Source: Marsupella aquatica (lineage: Eukaryota > Plantae > Marchantiophyta). Taken from it: a stretch of DNA of 64,000 nucleotides. Shown in pieces: positions 62,776-64,000 of this stretch. The position numbers were made by a program, and so were the translations under genes. Each line of letters starts with the position of its first letter. Position 1 is the stretch's first letter. The notes beneath the pieces are model-generated. The model had not been told where the DNA came from. It saw nothing but the letters and a program-made list of their open reading frames with translations, and ran no database searches. The DNA lies in NCBI GenBank assembly GCA_973895155.1, contig OZ316898.1, forward strand, positions 19,913,292 to 19,977,291, written 5' to 3'.

Positions 62776-62946
62776 AAAATATGGGAAAAACTAGACTCAT
62801 AAACTTTTTGCATACAGTAACTGATAACAAGGAAAATATGGGAAAAACTAGACTCATAAACTTTTTGCATACAGTAACTGATAACAAGGAAAATATGGGA
62901 AAAACTAGACTCGTAAACTTTTTGCATACAGTAACTGATAACAAGG
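62776..62946. repeat. 57-bp tandem repeat x3, near-identical
   Basis: aaaatatgggaaaaactagactc(a/g)taaactttttgcatacagtaactgataacaagg at 62776, 62833 and 62890. Confidence 0.95.
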
Positions 62947-64000
62947 CTTGGTGTGACATAACTCTCCAATAGGTCGTCTCAAACCTTGTAGTTGTGGGGA
63001 AAAAACCAGAAATCACCAATTCTGGTCATGGGTCAGGAGTGTCGGGACAGGCATTTTTGTGTCCGCCACGATTTTCCAGGAATTCATGACTGATTGCGAC
63101 CTGAGACAGAAAGGAGAGGTTTGAGACTCACTAATGTAAAGGGCTTTAGCTAGAGTTTTGAAGGGGCATTATTGACAGTTCTTGCTTCATAAGAGGGTGT
63201 TAGTACACTTGAAGACCTAAGAGATTTTTTCTTTTTATTATTTTTAGTAAAACTGAGGAGAAGTTTCATTATACCCCATCCAAATCTGGACTGACTGTGC
63301 ATTCTTTTCATAAAAAAATTGTGCATTCTTTTCATAAAAACACTGAACTAGCAAAAAAAATTCAGAAACTGAGCTTCGGATGGAAGAAGGCTTTGTCTCT
63401 GCAAATTCCCATGGACTGGGTTCAGGGACTGGATTGGAGACATTCGATCATGTACATAGATCCAAAAAAATTCCAAATAACAAACAGGTCTCCAATGTGT
63501 TCTTTTATGTACAATCTACTACTTCACAAAATCTGAAGCTTTTCTGAGATCATTTGTTCAGTTTACAATGATTACAACAATGCAATTTATTAGTAAGATT
63601 TGGAGTAATGGTTGCCATGGAAAAATGAAGGGCATCAAGGTGTGGAAGCAAATAAAAATAAAAATAGGAAAACCAAGTTACCACGGCGGGTACTCTGCAG
63701 CACTCTACGTCGACTTCCATGTGCATAGATTCTGTTGCGGAAGTTGGCCCCTTTTACGCAGATTGTAACGACAGGTTTTCTGTTGGGCACGGACTGATGA
63801 TGAACCATAAATAGCGGATCCATGCTTGGCAAGTGACCTTCAGCTGGGCATGCCTGTGATAACAACGAGTACGATTGTTCTAGGTGGATCGTGGTGTACG
63901 TGAGTCTTCCTTTCAGCTCGAATCGATGCGTGGGACTAATTAAGAGTTCTAAGTCATTTGTGGAAACGAGTGAGTAAGTTATGTGGGCGCTGGAATGAAG

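Noticed and set aside
62697-63019. Repetitive ORFs on both strands
   Set aside because: By-products of the 57-bp tandem repeat.

Overview
Eukaryotic, intron-rich land-plant nuclear DNA. A non-seed plant such as a liverwort is my inference, from the secretory-type PPO and the LINE type. Six protein-coding genes can be reconstructed exon by exon from GT-AG junctions and family motifs: (1) AHK5/CKI2-like cytosolic hybrid histidine kinase (-, 589-8314); (2) TruA-family tRNA pseudouridine(38/39) synthase, PUS3/DEG1-like (+, 21538-27673); (3) ZRSR2/RGH3-like CCCH-UHM splicing factor (-, 28466-34361); (4) GRDP/DUF1399 protein (-, 39400-48020); (5) RAB3GAP2 N-terminal-domain protein (+, 53391-56736); (6) polyphenol oxidase with an intronless CDS and a signal peptide (-, 59258-60967). 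Intergenic DNA holds a decayed LINE, a Helitron-like head-to-tail array, several foldback/MITE-like inverted repeats, a higher-order modular tandem repeat and microsatellites. Most notable: short uORFs whose stop codon abuts or overlaps the predicted main AUG in three genes, a ~130-nt foldback hairpin, and an atypical PPO active-site entrance. I found no tRNA, rRNA or CRISPR array, and no clearly novel multi-gene system. Most ORFs in the supplied track are exon fragments or spurious.
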